In this document: positions 18,595 through 28,788 of the stretch, in pieces | Position numbering within the stretch: position 1 is the first letter of the stretch | Layout of the letters: every line of letters starts with the position of its first letter | Source: Candidatus Jettenia caeni | GTDB lineage: Bacteria; Planctomycetota; Brocadiia; Brocadiales; Brocadiaceae | Length of the DNA stretch: 32,000 nucleotides | Reading direction: 5' to 3' | NCBI GenBank assembly: GCA_000296795.1 | Contig: BAFH01000002.1 | Location: 310,686 to 342,685 of the forward strand | Position numbers and translations under genes: made by a program | Notes under the pieces: generated by a model | The model's database searches: none | Told to the model about the DNA's origin: nothing | Seen by the model: only the letters and a program-made list of their open reading frames with translations

Positions 18595-18822
18595 ATGCCT
18601 AATCCGAAGAGAAGGTTTTCGAATTCAAGGACGCGTAAAAGACGGACCCATGATAAATTGACCCCTCCGGTCATTCCGCTTGCCGAAAATATGGAAAAAG
18701 GTGCCGGAGTACGCTCAAAGCGATATATTTGTTCGCATTGTAAACAGGTAAATCAACCACACACGGTCTGTCATAATTGTGGATACTACCGAGGTAAACA
18801 GGTTATCACTGTTGAAAGGTAA
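18595..18822 (+). CDS. rpmF: 50S ribosomal protein L32 (zinc-ribbon form, with an internal insertion)
   Basis: N-terminal MPNPKRRFSNSRTRKRRTHD. CSHC...CHNCGYYRGKQV. GGTGA SD. Position upstream of plsX. Confidence 0.9.
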   Translation: MPNPKRRFSNSRTRKRRTHDKLTPPVIPLAENMEKGAGVRSKRYICSHCKQVNQPHTVCHNCGYYRGKQVITVER

Positions 18823-18826
18823 ATCC

Positions 18827-19843
18827 ATGAGAGTTGCAGTAGATGCAATGGGTGGAGATAAGGCTCCACATGAAATTATTAAAGGATCAATTCTCGCTGC
18901 ACAACAATTACGAGATGATGATATTATATTGGTAGGTGATGAAAATACTCTGAGCCGAGAGTTAAACACTTACGGAGCGATACCGAAAAATATTACCATT
19001 CATCACGCATCTCAAATAGTCCAGATGGATGATCCTGCAACCTACTCTATACGCCAAAAGATTAATTCATCAATTACACAAAGTATCGAACTTGTAGCTC
19101 ACGGAGAAGCCTGTGCCGTGGTAAGCGCCGGGCATACAGGCGCAACCGTAGCTGCATCGACATTGCACTTAAGAACATTAAAAGGTGTTCGCCGCCCGGG
19201 TATTGCGGCTGCACTTCCCACACGGCAAGGAGTATGCTTAATCATTGATATAGGAGCTAACATAGCCTGTAAGCCACTCCATCTTTTCCAATATGGTGTT
19301 ATGGCAGCAGTCTATTATCGATGTATCTTCGGTATAGAAAACCCAAAGGTTGGGCTTCTCAATATCGGTGAAGAGGATGCAAAGGGAAACGACCTTGTGA
19401 AAGATACCTTTACACTCCTCTCCAATTCGAATTTAAATTTTGTAGGAAACGTAGAAGGCCGTGAAATATTTGATAATAAAGCCAATATAGTTGTCTGTGA
19501 GGGTTTTGTAGGAAATATTATATTGAAATTTGCAGAAGGACTTTCCATGAGTCTTCTGTCAACAATTAAGACAGAAGCGCTCAAGAGCTTTTGGACAAAG
19601 TTAGGTCTGTGGTTGTGTAAACCAGCCTTCGAACCATTAAAGGCAAAAATGGACTTTGCAGAATATGGCGGCGCTCCCCTACTGGGAGTTAACGGTATTT
19701 GTATTATCTGTCATGGCAGATCTGACTCCAAGGCTATCCAAAATGCCATAAAAGTTGCGTTGAAGCTATCAAAATACAAGGTCAATGAGCATATTGTTTC
19801 CGAATTCGAAAAGATCAATACGCTTACGGCACATGTTGTTTAA
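18827..19843 (+). CDS. plsX: Phosphate acyltransferase PlsX
   Basis: MRVAVDAMGGDKAP start, SAGHTGA, GAPLLGVNGICIICHGRS. The track start at 18779 overlaps rpmF and is less likely. Confidence 0.93.
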   Translation: MRVAVDAMGGDKAPHEIIKGSILAAQQLRDDDIILVGDENTLSRELNTYGAIPKNITIHHASQIVQMDDPATYSIRQKINSSITQSIELVAHGEACAVVSAGHTGATVAASTLHLRTLKGVRRPGIAAALPTRQGVCLIIDIGANIACKPLHLFQYGVMAAVYYRCIFGIENPKVGLLNIGEEDAKGNDLVKDTFTLLSNSNLNFVGNVEGREIFDNKANIVVCEGFVGNIILKFAEGLSMSLLSTIKTEALKSFWTKLGLWLCKPAFEPLKAKMDFAEYGGAPLLGVNGICIICHGRSDSKAIQNAIKVALKLSKYKVNEHIVSEFEKINTLTAHVV

Positions 19844-19888
19844 CTGACTAGTCACCTATTAATCTCCTCTGGATAATTAAAATTATAC

Positions 19889-20878
19889 ATGCAACAGAAT
19901 CAAAGGGCTTCAATTACAGGGATAGGATCATACCTGCCAAATAAGATTTTAACAAATTACGATTTAGAAAAACTCGTTGAAACCAGTAATGATTGGATTG
20001 TCCAGCGAACAGGTATTAAAGAGCGCCATATTGTTGAAAACGGTATAATAACATCGGATCTTGCTACTCAGGCATCAATATATGCAATGGAAGACGCAGG
20101 GGTTTCTCCGCAAGATTTAGATATGATTATTACTTCTACGATAACGCCTGACCATATCTTTCCTTCAACCTCATGTTATATACAACAAAAATTAGGAGCA
20201 ACAAGGGCAGGCGCTTTTGATATATTGGCGGCATGCGCTGGATTTATTTATGCATTAGCTGTTGGAGAAAGCTTCATAAACTCCGGAGCAATAAAAACCG
20301 CATTAGTAGTAGGGGCTGAATGTTTATCGAAAATCACTGATTATACTGATCGCTCAACTTGCGTTCTGTTTGGAGATGGCGCTGGCGCTGTCATTATACA
20401 GAAAAATCCTACAAAACACGAGATTTTGTCTACCCGTTTGGCTGCAGATGGATCACAAGCAGATGTACTTATTATGCCTGGGGGAGGAGCTAGAAATCCA
20501 GCATCTCTGGAGTCTATCCAGCAGAGAGCGCATTATATCCAATTTAGAGGGAAAGAAGTATTTAAACTGGCTATTAACAATATAACGAACTTAATTTTAG
20601 AAACAGCAGATGAGAATGGACTGAAACTCGCCGATATAGACTTGATCATCCCTCATCAGAGCAATCTAAGGATTATTGAAGCAACTATGGAAAAGCTTGG
20701 ACTTCCCATGGAAAAGGCATTTGTAAATATCGATAAATATGGAAATACATCATCTGCCTCTATTCCTATTGCAATTAATGAAGCCCGAAAGGAAGGACGC
20801 ATCAAAAAAGGAGACATTGTTATGCTCGTTGCGTTTGGGGGAGGATTAACATGGGGGTCTTCAATTATTCGATGGTAG
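19889..20878 (+). CDS. fabH: 3-oxoacyl-ACP synthase III
   Basis: Active-site contexts AACAGFIYAL (Cys), PHQSNLRII (His), GNTSSASIP (Asn). Confidence 0.95.
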   Translation: MQQNQRASITGIGSYLPNKILTNYDLEKLVETSNDWIVQRTGIKERHIVENGIITSDLATQASIYAMEDAGVSPQDLDMIITSTITPDHIFPSTSCYIQQKLGATRAGAFDILAACAGFIYALAVGESFINSGAIKTALVVGAECLSKITDYTDRSTCVLFGDGAGAVIIQKNPTKHEILSTRLAADGSQADVLIMPGGGARNPASLESIQQRAHYIQFRGKEVFKLAINNITNLILETADENGLKLADIDLIIPHQSNLRIIEATMEKLGLPMEKAFVNIDKYGNTSSASIPIAINEARKEGRIKKGDIVMLVAFGGGLTWGSSIIRW

Positions 20879-20883
20879 AAAGC

Positions 20884-21831
20884 ATGCAAAAGCAAAAGAC
20901 AGCGCTTCTTTTCCCTGGTCAGGGTACACAGTATGTGGGGATGGGAAAGGATTTTTATGTGCATTTCAAGGAGGCACAGGAGGTATTCCATGAAGCTAAT
21001 GAGGTACTGGGGTTTGATATCGCAGCGCTTTGTTTTCAAGGAAAACAAGAGGAATTAAACAAAACCTCTCTGTGTCAGCCTGCCATACTTGTTACAAGTA
21101 TGGCAATATTAGAAGTTTTAAAGAAAAATTCTCCAATCCAACCAAGCGCCTGTCTTGCCACTGCTGGTCTTAGCCTGGGAGAATATACAGCTCATGTATC
21201 TGCGGGTTCAATAGCTTTTACCGATGCTGTACGATTGGTATATAAGCGGGGCGCCTTCATGCAGGATGCCTGCAATGCAAATCACGGAGGTATGGTTTCT
21301 ATCATTGGATTAGAAGATGAAAAAGTAGAACAAATTTGCACAGAAATACGGACAGAAGGGGTTATTTGTGCTGCAAATTATAATTGTCCGGGACAGATAG
21401 TTATTTCAGGCGAAAGATCAACTTTGGAAAAAGCATCGGCATTAGCTAAAGAACGGGGTGCAAAAATAGTTGTCCCTTTGAAAGTTGACGGAGCATTCCA
21501 TTCGGAATTAATGAGCCCCGCAAGTAGTAAACTCTCAAAGGAGCTGGAATCAACACCGGTCTTAAAATCAAACATACCGGTTGTGGCAAATATCAATGCA
21601 CAGTATGTGAGTGAGCCTGCTGAGATAAAAACATCTTTATCAATACAATTGAACAGCCCTGTGCGATGGCATCAATCGATGTGCACTCTAATACAGGACG
21701 GATTTAATCAGTTTTATGAAATCGGACCGGGAAAGTCATTATCGGGCCTCATGCGAAGGATCGATCCCGCTCAAAAAATGGTAAATATTGATACCGTAGA
21801 AACCTTTAAAAATTTAATGAAATCGATTTAA
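20884..21831 (+). CDS. fabD: Malonyl-CoA:ACP transacylase
   Basis: LLFPGQGTQYVGMG, GLSLGEYTA (active Ser), VDGAFHSELM. Alternative ATG at 20872 overlaps the fabH stop. Confidence 0.93.
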   Translation: MQKQKTALLFPGQGTQYVGMGKDFYVHFKEAQEVFHEANEVLGFDIAALCFQGKQEELNKTSLCQPAILVTSMAILEVLKKNSPIQPSACLATAGLSLGEYTAHVSAGSIAFTDAVRLVYKRGAFMQDACNANHGGMVSIIGLEDEKVEQICTEIRTEGVICAANYNCPGQIVISGERSTLEKASALAKERGAKIVVPLKVDGAFHSELMSPASSKLSKELESTPVLKSNIPVVANINAQYVSEPAEIKTSLSIQLNSPVRWHQSMCTLIQDGFNQFYEIGPGKSLSGLMRRIDPAQKMVNIDTVETFKNLMKSI

Positions 21832-21856
21832 TTTTAACATAAGGAGGTAAAAGACC

Positions 21857-22090
21857 GTGTCAGCAGTTGAAGATAAGGTTAAAGAAATTATTACAAAACA
21901 AATGGGAGTAAAAAGCGATCAGATTACAAAAGACACTTCATTTATCAATGATTTAGGAGCTGATTCTCTGGATACTGTAGAATTGATCATGGAATTCGAG
22001 GATGCCTTCGATATGAACATCCCTGACGAGGATGCAGAGAAAATACGTACCGTAGGAGACGCCGTTAAATATATAGAGGAACACAAATAA
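21857..22090 (+). CDS. acpP: Acyl carrier protein
   Basis: [17 protein letters not shown] phosphopantetheine site. GTG start 7 nt after AAGGAGGT. Confidence 0.95.
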   Translation: MSAVEDKVKEIITKQMGVKSDQITKDTSFINDLGADSLDTVELIMEFEDAFDMNIPDEDAEKIRTVGDAVKYIEEHK

Positions 22091-22092
22091 AA

Positions 22093-23337
22093 ATGCAAGA
22101 GAAACGAAGGGTTGTTGTCACAGGCGTCGGGGCAGTTACGCCTTTAGGGCTGGAAAAGAATACACTATGGTCGGCGCTGTGCGAGGGAAAAAGCGGTATT
22201 AAACCTATCACTTCTTTTGATACCTCAGCATTTGATGTACACTTCGGCGGAGAAGTTAGCGATTTTGATTCCAGTAAGTGGTTCGATGTTAAAGAGGCGC
22301 GCCGGTTAGAACGCTTTACACAATTCTCCGTAGTCGCTTCTATAAATGCCATCAATGATGCCGGATTGAAATTGGATGACTACGATGCAACAAGGGTAGG
22401 GGTTTTAATTGGTTCTGGCATGGGTGGTTTACAAGAAATTGAAAGCCAACATAATATTCTTATCAACAAAGGTCCCTCAAGGATATCCCCCCTTATGATT
22501 CCTAAATTGATGGTTAATGCCGCTCCGGCGCAGGTGGCAATACGATTCGGGATCAAAGGGCCTAATTATGCACTGGTAACAGCATGCACCACAGGCGTTA
22601 ATTCTATCGGAGAGGCAGTCAGGATTATTCAGAGAGGGGACGCAGAAATCATGATCGCAGGAAGTTCAGAAGCGATAATCACACCTTTAGCCCTCAGTGG
22701 ATTTAGCGCCATGAAAGCACTTTCCACACGTAATGATGCTCCACAGAAAGCAAGTCGTCCCTTTGACAAAAATCGGGATGGTTTCGTTTTCTCAGAAGGA
22801 GCCGGCATCGTTGTACTGGAAGAATTTGAAACAGCAAAGAAACGAGGCGCAAATATCTATGCAGAGGTATCGGGATACGGACTTAATGCCGATGCCTACC
22901 ATATTGCAGCACCAGAATGTAATGGCGATGGCGCGGCAAAGTGTATGAATAGCGCCTTAAAAGATGCCAACTGCAACCCGGAAGAAATTGACTACATTAA
23001 CGCACATGCTACGTCAACTCCTCTCGGTGACAATATTGAAATAAAGGCTATTAAAAGAGTTTTTGGACCGTACGCCCCGCAAATTCCCGTGAGTTCAACA
23101 AAATCCATGTTAGGCCATCAGTTAGGGGCTTCGGGAAGTGTTGAGGTAGTGATCTGCGCCTTAGTAATTAAGGAAGGTATTATTCCTCCAACCATCAATT
23201 ACGAGACACCTGATCCCGAATGCTCGGGACTGGATTTTATTCCTAATGTCGCTCGTGAAAAGAAGGTTAAACAGATTCTCTCCAACTCATTTGGCTTTGG
23301 CGGGCACAACGCCAGCATTATCTTAAAAGGATTATGA
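22093..23337 (+). CDS. fabF: 3-oxoacyl-ACP synthase II
   Basis: VTACTTGVNS (Cys), NAHATSTPLGD (His), KSMLGHQLGASG (His), FGFGGHNASI. Confidence 0.95.
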   Translation: MQEKRRVVVTGVGAVTPLGLEKNTLWSALCEGKSGIKPITSFDTSAFDVHFGGEVSDFDSSKWFDVKEARRLERFTQFSVVASINAINDAGLKLDDYDATRVGVLIGSGMGGLQEIESQHNILINKGPSRISPLMIPKLMVNAAPAQVAIRFGIKGPNYALVTACTTGVNSIGEAVRIIQRGDAEIMIAGSSEAIITPLALSGFSAMKALSTRNDAPQKASRPFDKNRDGFVFSEGAGIVVLEEFETAKKRGANIYAEVSGYGLNADAYHIAAPECNGDGAAKCMNSALKDANCNPEEIDYINAHATSTPLGDNIEIKAIKRVFGPYAPQIPVSSTKSMLGHQLGASGSVEVVICALVIKEGIIPPTINYETPDPECSGLDFIPNVAREKKVKQILSNSFGFGGHNASIILKGL

Positions 23338-23402
23338 GAATAGGCACTACAATTTAATAAAATATATCATACCCCTGTAATCTTCCCTGAGTCTATTCAC
23401 AG

Positions 23403-23420
23403 ATAAGCAAGAGTGCTTAT
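23403..23420. terminator. Weak candidate bidirectional terminator between convergent fabF and lpxD
   Basis: ATAAGCA, loop AGAG, TGCTTAT (7-bp stem) with a moderately T-rich flank. AU-rich, so weak. Confidence 0.3.
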
Positions 23421-23452
23421 TACTATTTCCCCTATAAAAACTATAGTAAGTC

Positions 23453-24466
23453 TTACGGGAGAGTCTTTAGGTATTTCTTAATAGCATGATACATTTCTGG
23501 TAGTTTTTTCATTACTACCTGGATGCGTTTTTCATCGTTGATAGGCTTGGCTGGGGAACCCCATACAACAGAACCTGATTCTAAACTTTTATAAACATTT
23601 GAGCCTCCGCCAATAATACAGTTATCACCAATATCTACATGATCGGTAATGCCAACATCTTCTGCAATCATAACATTTTTTCCAATCCTGGTACTTCCTG
23701 CGATTTTGGCATATGCGATAAGTATGGTATTATCTCCTATAGTAACATTATGTGCAATATGCGAATGATTGTCTATTTTTACACCGTTCCCGATGATCGT
23801 CTTATCGAGCGCCGCACGGCAAATTGTTACCACAGCGCCGATCTCAACATCATCCCCTATTTCAACGGTTCCTATCTGAGGTATTTTCGTATGTTTACCC
23901 TGTATTTGGAGATAACCAAACCCATCTTCTCCAATAACGCTATTGCTGTGTATAATCACTCGTTTCCCAATGGTAACCTCCTCCCGAATAGTAACATGGG
24001 GATAAATAAGAGAACCATCACCTATAGAACTTTCTTTGCCGATAAATGTATTTGGATAAATGGTAACATTATTGCCTATTCTTACACGATCTTCAATAAT
24101 AACATAAGCGCCAATAGAAACTTCTTTTCCCAGAATAGCCTCTTTGCTAATACTAGATAAAGGATGAATCCCTATGGGGCGATTGTGTTTCTCTTTAGCT
24201 ATGACCTCCATGAGCTTAGTAAAAGCCAAAAATGGATTTGTTTCTATAACAATTTGCGGCCTTTTCAGCGTCCCAATCTCTCGATGTGTAACAATCACAG
24301 AAGCTTTCGATAGCAATGCCTGCGGAATTAATGTATCGTCTTTAATAAAGGTTATATCTCCCTCTTTTGCAGTTTCGATACTCGCAATACCTGTAATTAT
24401 GGTATTTAAATTACCAATAACCCTTCCACCGGTAATGAGTTGAATTTGGCTTAGTGTATATTTCAT
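23453..24466 (-). CDS. lpxD: UDP-3-O-acylglucosamine N-acyltransferase
   Basis: 337 aa. N-terminal LpxD-type domain (LSQIQLITGG...ITGIASIETAKEGDITF) followed by a long run of hexapeptide repeats. Confidence 0.9.
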   Translation of the reverse strand: MKYTLSQIQLITGGRVIGNLNTIITGIASIETAKEGDITFIKDDTLIPQALLSKASVIVTHREIGTLKRPQIVIETNPFLAFTKLMEVIAKEKHNRPIGIHPLSSISKEAILGKEVSIGAYVIIEDRVRIGNNVTIYPNTFIGKESSIGDGSLIYPHVTIREEVTIGKRVIIHSNSVIGEDGFGYLQIQGKHTKIPQIGTVEIGDDVEIGAVVTICRAALDKTIIGNGVKIDNHSHIAHNVTIGDNTILIAYAKIAGSTRIGKNVMIAEDVGITDHVDIGDNCIIGGGSNVYKSLESGSVVWGSPAKPINDEKRIQVVMKKLPEMYHAIKKYLKTLP

Positions 24467-24534
24467 AATGTATCAAAAGATATTTATGGAACATCGTATC
24501 ATGGCAGGGAATCATAGTCAAACGAACTTTTATA

Positions 24535-24563
24535 TTGACAAATTAGTCTATTAAAAATAATAA
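24535..24563 (+). promoter_or_regulatory. Candidate promoter for glmS
   Basis: TTGACA at 24535-24540, 17-nt spacer, TAATAA(T) from 24558. Confidence 0.3.
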
Positions 24564-24713
24564 TGTACACATTAAGCAATCAATATATCTATTTTTTTAA
24601 TCTCTTATGATGCATTTGCCAAAAAGTAAATATTTTCAAAATTTCGATACTCTTCACGGGTATGATAACCATAGTAAATTTAACAATATCAATAATTTTA
24701 AGGAGTAAATCAT

Positions 24714-26540
24714 ATGTGCGGAATTGTCGGATATATCGGGTGTAAAGAAGCAGTCAAGGTTTTATTAGACGGCATCAAAAGGCTCGAATATCGCGGATAT
24801 GATTCTTCTGGAATGGCATTTATTCAGAATGGTATTTTACATTGTGAAAAGGCTGTGGGTAAGATAGCTGAGTTAGAAAAGAGACTGAATGGGAATAATT
24901 TTCATACCTCTTTAGGCATTGTTCATACACGATGGGCGACACATGGCGCCCCCACCACGGAGAATGCTCATCCTCATGTTGATTGCAATAACGAAATTGC
25001 CGTAGTACACAACGGAATTATTGAGAATTATGATTATTTAAAATCAAAATTAGAGCAGGAAGGACATATCTTTAAGAGCGAAACAGATACAGAAGTACTG
25101 GCCCATCTTATTGAGAAATATTTTCATGGTGATCTTGAAACAGCCGTCATGGAAGCATTACGAGAGGTAGAGGGAACGTATGGTATTGCAGTGATTTCCC
25201 AGAAAAATCCCCGAAAAATTGTAGCGGCAAGGAAAGGATCGCCCTTAATGATAGGGATTGGAAATCAAGAATATTTTATAACCTCTGATGTTTCTGCTTC
25301 GCTGGAACATACCCGGGATGTGGTGTATCTGGATGATAATGAGATAGCTATTCTCACACCGGACCGCTACGAGACGAAGACCATACAAAATATCCGGACA
25401 CATAAAAAAGTTGAGGAAATACTATGGAACCTGGATATGATTGAGAAGGGTGGCTATGAACATTTTATGCTGAAGGAAATTCATGAGCAACCTCAATCCC
25501 TAAGGAACGTTATGCGTGGGCGGGTGGAAAGTAATAACGACTCAGTAAGATTGGGAGGATTAATCCATTGCGAGCAAGACCTCCGGCAGGCCAGGCGTAT
25601 CATAATTGTAGCCTGCGGCACATCATGGCACGCAGGGCTTGTAGGTGAATACATGCTGGAAGAATTTGCACGCATACCGGTTGAAGTGGAATACGCCTCT
25701 GAGTTTCGATATCGAAACCCTGTGATCGAAAAAGATACTATTGTAATTGCTATAAGTCAGTCTGGAGAAACGGCAGATACCCTGGCAGCTATACGGGAAG
25801 CCAGACAGAAGGGCGCCAAGATACTCTCCATCTGCAATGTTGTCGGCAGTACAATAGCAAGGGAAGCCGATGGCGGAATTTATTTACATATCGGCCCGGA
25901 GATTGGCGTTGCATCTACCAAAGCCTTTACAGCACAAATCGCGGTACTTTATTTATTCACCTCTTACATGAGAAATCTTAGATGCCCATCTTCCCCATTA
26001 GACTCAAATATGATTAAGGATATACAATCCATACCGGAAAAGATCCAAACTATCCTTAACATGGAAGAACATATCATTGAACTTGCAAAGTTATACAAGG
26101 ATAGTGAACATACTCTTTATCTGGGAAGAGGATACAACTACCCCGTAGCGCTTGAAGGCGCATTAAAGCTAAAAGAGATATCATATATCCACGCCGAAGG
26201 TTATCCAGCAGCAGAGATGAAGCATGGACCTATTGCCCTCATAAACAAAGATATGCCCGTAGTCTTTATTGCAACAAGAGATAATGTTTACGGTAAGATT
26301 TTAAACAATATCGAAGAGGTTAAATCCAGAAAAGGAAAAGTAATTGCAATTGCAACTGAGGGAGATGATCAAATTGCAGAAAAGGTAAATCACGTCCTTT
26401 ACATACCAAAAACTACTGATGTCCTGACACCTCTCCTGTCAGTAATTCCTCTCCAATTGCTGGCCTATCATATGGCAGTCATGAGAGGATGCGATGTTGA
26501 TAAACCGAGAAATCTTGCAAAGAGTGTAACGGTTGAATAA
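24714..26540 (+). CDS. glmS: Glutamine-fructose-6-phosphate aminotransferase
   Basis: MCGIVGYIG N-terminal nucleophile. Two SIS domains. C-terminal PRNLAKSVTVE. AAGGAG SD. Confidence 0.97.
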   Translation: MCGIVGYIGCKEAVKVLLDGIKRLEYRGYDSSGMAFIQNGILHCEKAVGKIAELEKRLNGNNFHTSLGIVHTRWATHGAPTTENAHPHVDCNNEIAVVHNGIIENYDYLKSKLEQEGHIFKSETDTEVLAHLIEKYFHGDLETAVMEALREVEGTYGIAVISQKNPRKIVAARKGSPLMIGIGNQEYFITSDVSASLEHTRDVVYLDDNEIAILTPDRYETKTIQNIRTHKKVEEILWNLDMIEKGGYEHFMLKEIHEQPQSLRNVMRGRVESNNDSVRLGGLIHCEQDLRQARRIIIVACGTSWHAGLVGEYMLEEFARIPVEVEYASEFRYRNPVIEKDTIVIAISQSGETADTLAAIREARQKGAKILSICNVVGSTIAREADGGIYLHIGPEIGVASTKAFTAQIAVLYLFTSYMRNLRCPSSPLDSNMIKDIQSIPEKIQTILNMEEHIIELAKLYKDSEHTLYLGRGYNYPVALEGALKLKEISYIHAEGYPAAEMKHGPIALINKDMPVVFIATRDNVYGKILNNIEEVKSRKGKVIAIATEGDDQIAEKVNHVLYIPKTTDVLTPLLSVIPLQLLAYHMAVMRGCDVDKPRNLAKSVTVE

Positions 26541-26582
26541 GAGGTTCACTCTGAGGATGCGGGTAAAATTAAGTATAGATTT

Positions 26583-26613
26583 GGTAGGGGCGAACACAAG
26601 GTTCGCCCCTACC
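26583..26613. terminator. GC-rich 13-bp hairpin between convergent glmS and the DUF1326-like gene. Likely a bidirectional terminator and a member of a palindromic element family.
   Basis: GGTAGGGGCGAAC, loop ACAAG, GTTCGCCCCTACC read directly. No clean T-run. Confidence 0.5.
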
Positions 26614-26680
26614 GGTTATTTACGCCTTACGTGAACAACTATTTTCTATTCAACATATAAACTAAAGCGCTAAAGATCTC

Positions 26681-27367
26681 TTAATCACTGGTAAAGTGAA
26701 ATTTTGTTGCAAAACCGCTTCTCCCGTCATAATTCCACTCCTGGTTATCCTCATGAAACCGATGATTAACAGCCTTTCCCATATCTAATGTTAAATCAAA
26801 TTCTTTTGCCCAGAGAGTAAAGTTCTTATTGACAATTTGAGTAGGTTTTCCCGGATCTCCCTGCCCATGCAACAGCTCAATATCTAATGATAATCTATTG
26901 GCTACTTCAGCCCTCTTACGCCATTCAGAAGATTCTACCTGGATAGGTAGATATCTTACGGTAATCCTTTCAGGTGGAACTTTGCCAAAACGAAATACAT
27001 GATTTTTAAAAATATCCAATAATGCATTTTTCTGAATAGCGGAGGCGGCCTTATCATTTATATAAAAAACAATCCAATTTTTCTCCGGTGTTGCTGTCAG
27101 ATCTGTTATTCCTATTACCGTCTGACCATCTAAATTATGCTGCCCGTAATTCCCTTTTAGAACACGAAAAACACCGGTAATCTTACATGTTTTATTATGG
27201 GTTGGCTCACTTCCGAAGAGACAAGGACAACCCGGATTGCAGGTACATCCCTCAAAATACTCACCTTCAATTGACCAGGAAGGACCAGCCCAAAGGGTGC
27301 TGGAGATACTACAAAGTAGAATAGCAGAGATTACTCCAGGTAGTAAATATCGCAATCTTCTCATCAT
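26681..27367 (-). CDS. DUF1326-like protein with N-terminal signal peptide
   Basis: WSIEGEYFEGCTCNPGCPCLFG matches the DUF1326 Cys-rich signature as I remember it. MMRRLRYLLPGVISAILLCSISSTLWA is a signal peptide. GGAGAGGA lies before the ATG at 27367. An alternative ATG is at 27418. Confidence 0.55.
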   Translation of the reverse strand: MMRRLRYLLPGVISAILLCSISSTLWAGPSWSIEGEYFEGCTCNPGCPCLFGSEPTHNKTCKITGVFRVLKGNYGQHNLDGQTVIGITDLTATPEKNWIVFYINDKAASAIQKNALLDIFKNHVFRFGKVPPERITVRYLPIQVESSEWRKRAEVANRLSLDIELLHGQGDPGKPTQIVNKNFTLWAKEFDLTLDMGKAVNHRFHEDNQEWNYDGRSGFATKFHFTSD

Positions 27368-27490
27368 TCCTCTCCTTCTAAAAGTAACTGTGAACCTATA
27401 AGGAATTGAAACAATCATACAAAGAAAGAATTGTTCCGCTTCACAAGTCTTTCATTCAAGATAATTTACCATAAGAGGCTCCAGAGTATT

Positions 27491-27573
27491 TGTCATTGTG
27501 AGGGTTTTTTTCCCGAAGCAATCTTTTCTCAACTATTCAAGAGATTGCTTCGGACAATGCCCTCGCAATGACA
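27491..27573. repeat. Compound nested palindromic element (two-tier hairpin)
   Basis: Outer arms TGTCATTGTGAGGG (27491-27504) and CCCTCGCAATGACA (27560-27573) have 1 mismatch (G-U compatible). Inner arms GAAGCAATCT (27515-27524) and AGATTGCTTC (27542-27551) are perfect. Confidence 0.6.
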
Positions 27574-27786
27574 CGTTAAACACAACATGGACAAACGGAG
27601 AGACTACAGTCCGTGCCACCCTGAAAACCGCTTACAGAAATGAAAATTCCTCTACAATCAAGTTAAACCGCTTAATTACAATTCTGATGAAATATATACC
27701 TCTAAAACTTCCCTTGTAAGACGAGGACATACTTTTATCAATAGAGTATAAAAATGTGGATTCGTCTCAGCTTAACCGCTCTCATC

Positions 27787-28560
27787 TTATTTTCGAATAA
27801 GGGGAACAAACCGTACAGGGATAATGGATTTCTTTATAATATTCTCAGAAGCGTCTTTGGTAATCAGCATCAGATCCTGCACTGCATACATACCACCCAC
27901 AGGAATAACCATACAACCGCCAGGCTTAAGCTGATCAATAAGTGGTTGAGGAATATGCTCTGCCGCTGCTGTAACGATAATGGCATCAAAGGGGGCATGT
28001 TCAGGCCATCCCTTATAACCGTCACCAATCATACCCTTCACATTCGTATAACCCAGCGCTTTTAAATTTTTTATAGCCTCTTTGCCGAGTTTTTCTACAA
28101 CCTCTATTGTATATACCTGTTTTACCAATCTTGAGAGAACAGAGGCCTGGTAGCCTGAACCTGTTCCCACTTCCAACACAATGTCATCTTTGTCTACCTT
28201 TAATAATTCTGTCATAAAGGCAACTACATATGGTTGAGAAATAGTTTGTCCAAATCCAATAGGCACCGGCCGGTCTGAATAGCTAAAGACACGATTTTCT
28301 TCCGGAATAAAGAAGTGACGAGGTATACACTTCATTGCATCGAGTATTTCTTTATCCTTTATACCTCGGGAGGCAAGCTGTTCTTCCACCATCCGTTCCC
28401 GTTGCCGTTTAAAGACACCCTCGTCCGTTACAGAGCTTTTAATCCCCAGAGCAGAAACCGCGCTATTAAACGTAGATAAGCTGATAAAAGAGATTGTACT
28501 CACTATGTATGAGGTAATAAATATAAGCGAACTTGTCTTCATTATGAATTTATTTTTCAC
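27787..28560 (-). CDS. pcm: Protein-L-isoaspartate O-methyltransferase with N-terminal signal/anchor sequence
   Basis: QTISQPYVVAFMTELL, VLEVGTGSGYQASVLS (SAM motif I), DAIIVTAAA, GGCMVIPVG. N-terminal hydrophobic stretch SSLIFITSYIVSTISFISL. Start is GTG 28560 or ATG 28542. Confidence 0.88.
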   Translation of the reverse strand: MKNKFIMKTSSLIFITSYIVSTISFISLSTFNSAVSALGIKSSVTDEGVFKRQRERMVEEQLASRGIKDKEILDAMKCIPRHFFIPEENRVFSYSDRPVPIGFGQTISQPYVVAFMTELLKVDKDDIVLEVGTGSGYQASVLSRLVKQVYTIEVVEKLGKEAIKNLKALGYTNVKGMIGDGYKGWPEHAPFDAIIVTAAAEHIPQPLIDQLKPGGCMVIPVGGMYAVQDLMLITKDASENIIKKSIIPVRFVPLIRK

Positions 28561-28788
28561 ATATAGATAACTTTATGATTCTATAAACATTCCACCCCTA
28601 TGGGGTTGTTTTTCAAAAAATTACAGGGTTACGAGTTTAAAATTTAGCATAAATAGTAAAAAAATAACCATGGAGCATTTCTCCGTACAGAATAGGTTTT
28701 GGGATAGCTTCTAATCACATCCACCAAATGAGCATCCATACATGATATAAACTCATTATCGGTCAAACATCACCATGTCTGCAATGTA

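Noticed and set aside
23639-24443. 173-aa and 89-aa plus-strand ORFs
   Set aside because: They are antisense to lpxD. The hexapeptide-repeat periodicity keeps the opposite frame open.
24467-24713. glmS ribozyme upstream of glmS
   Set aside because: The region is extremely AT-rich and lacks the conserved GC-rich core of the ribozyme. It looks like plain promoter DNA.
27498-27719. 73-aa plus-strand ORF
   Set aside because: Its N-terminal part is simply the translation of the nested palindrome (RDCFGQCPRNDT). No SD. It is an artefact of the repeat.
27754-28065. 103-aa plus-strand ORF
   Set aside because: It is antisense to pcm, which has unambiguous methyltransferase motifs.
28594-28612. Short hairpin ACCCC-TAT-GGGGT followed by TGTTTTTC
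   Set aside because: The stem is only 5 bp, and it is terminator-oriented for the plus strand, where no gene ends. Too weak to call.
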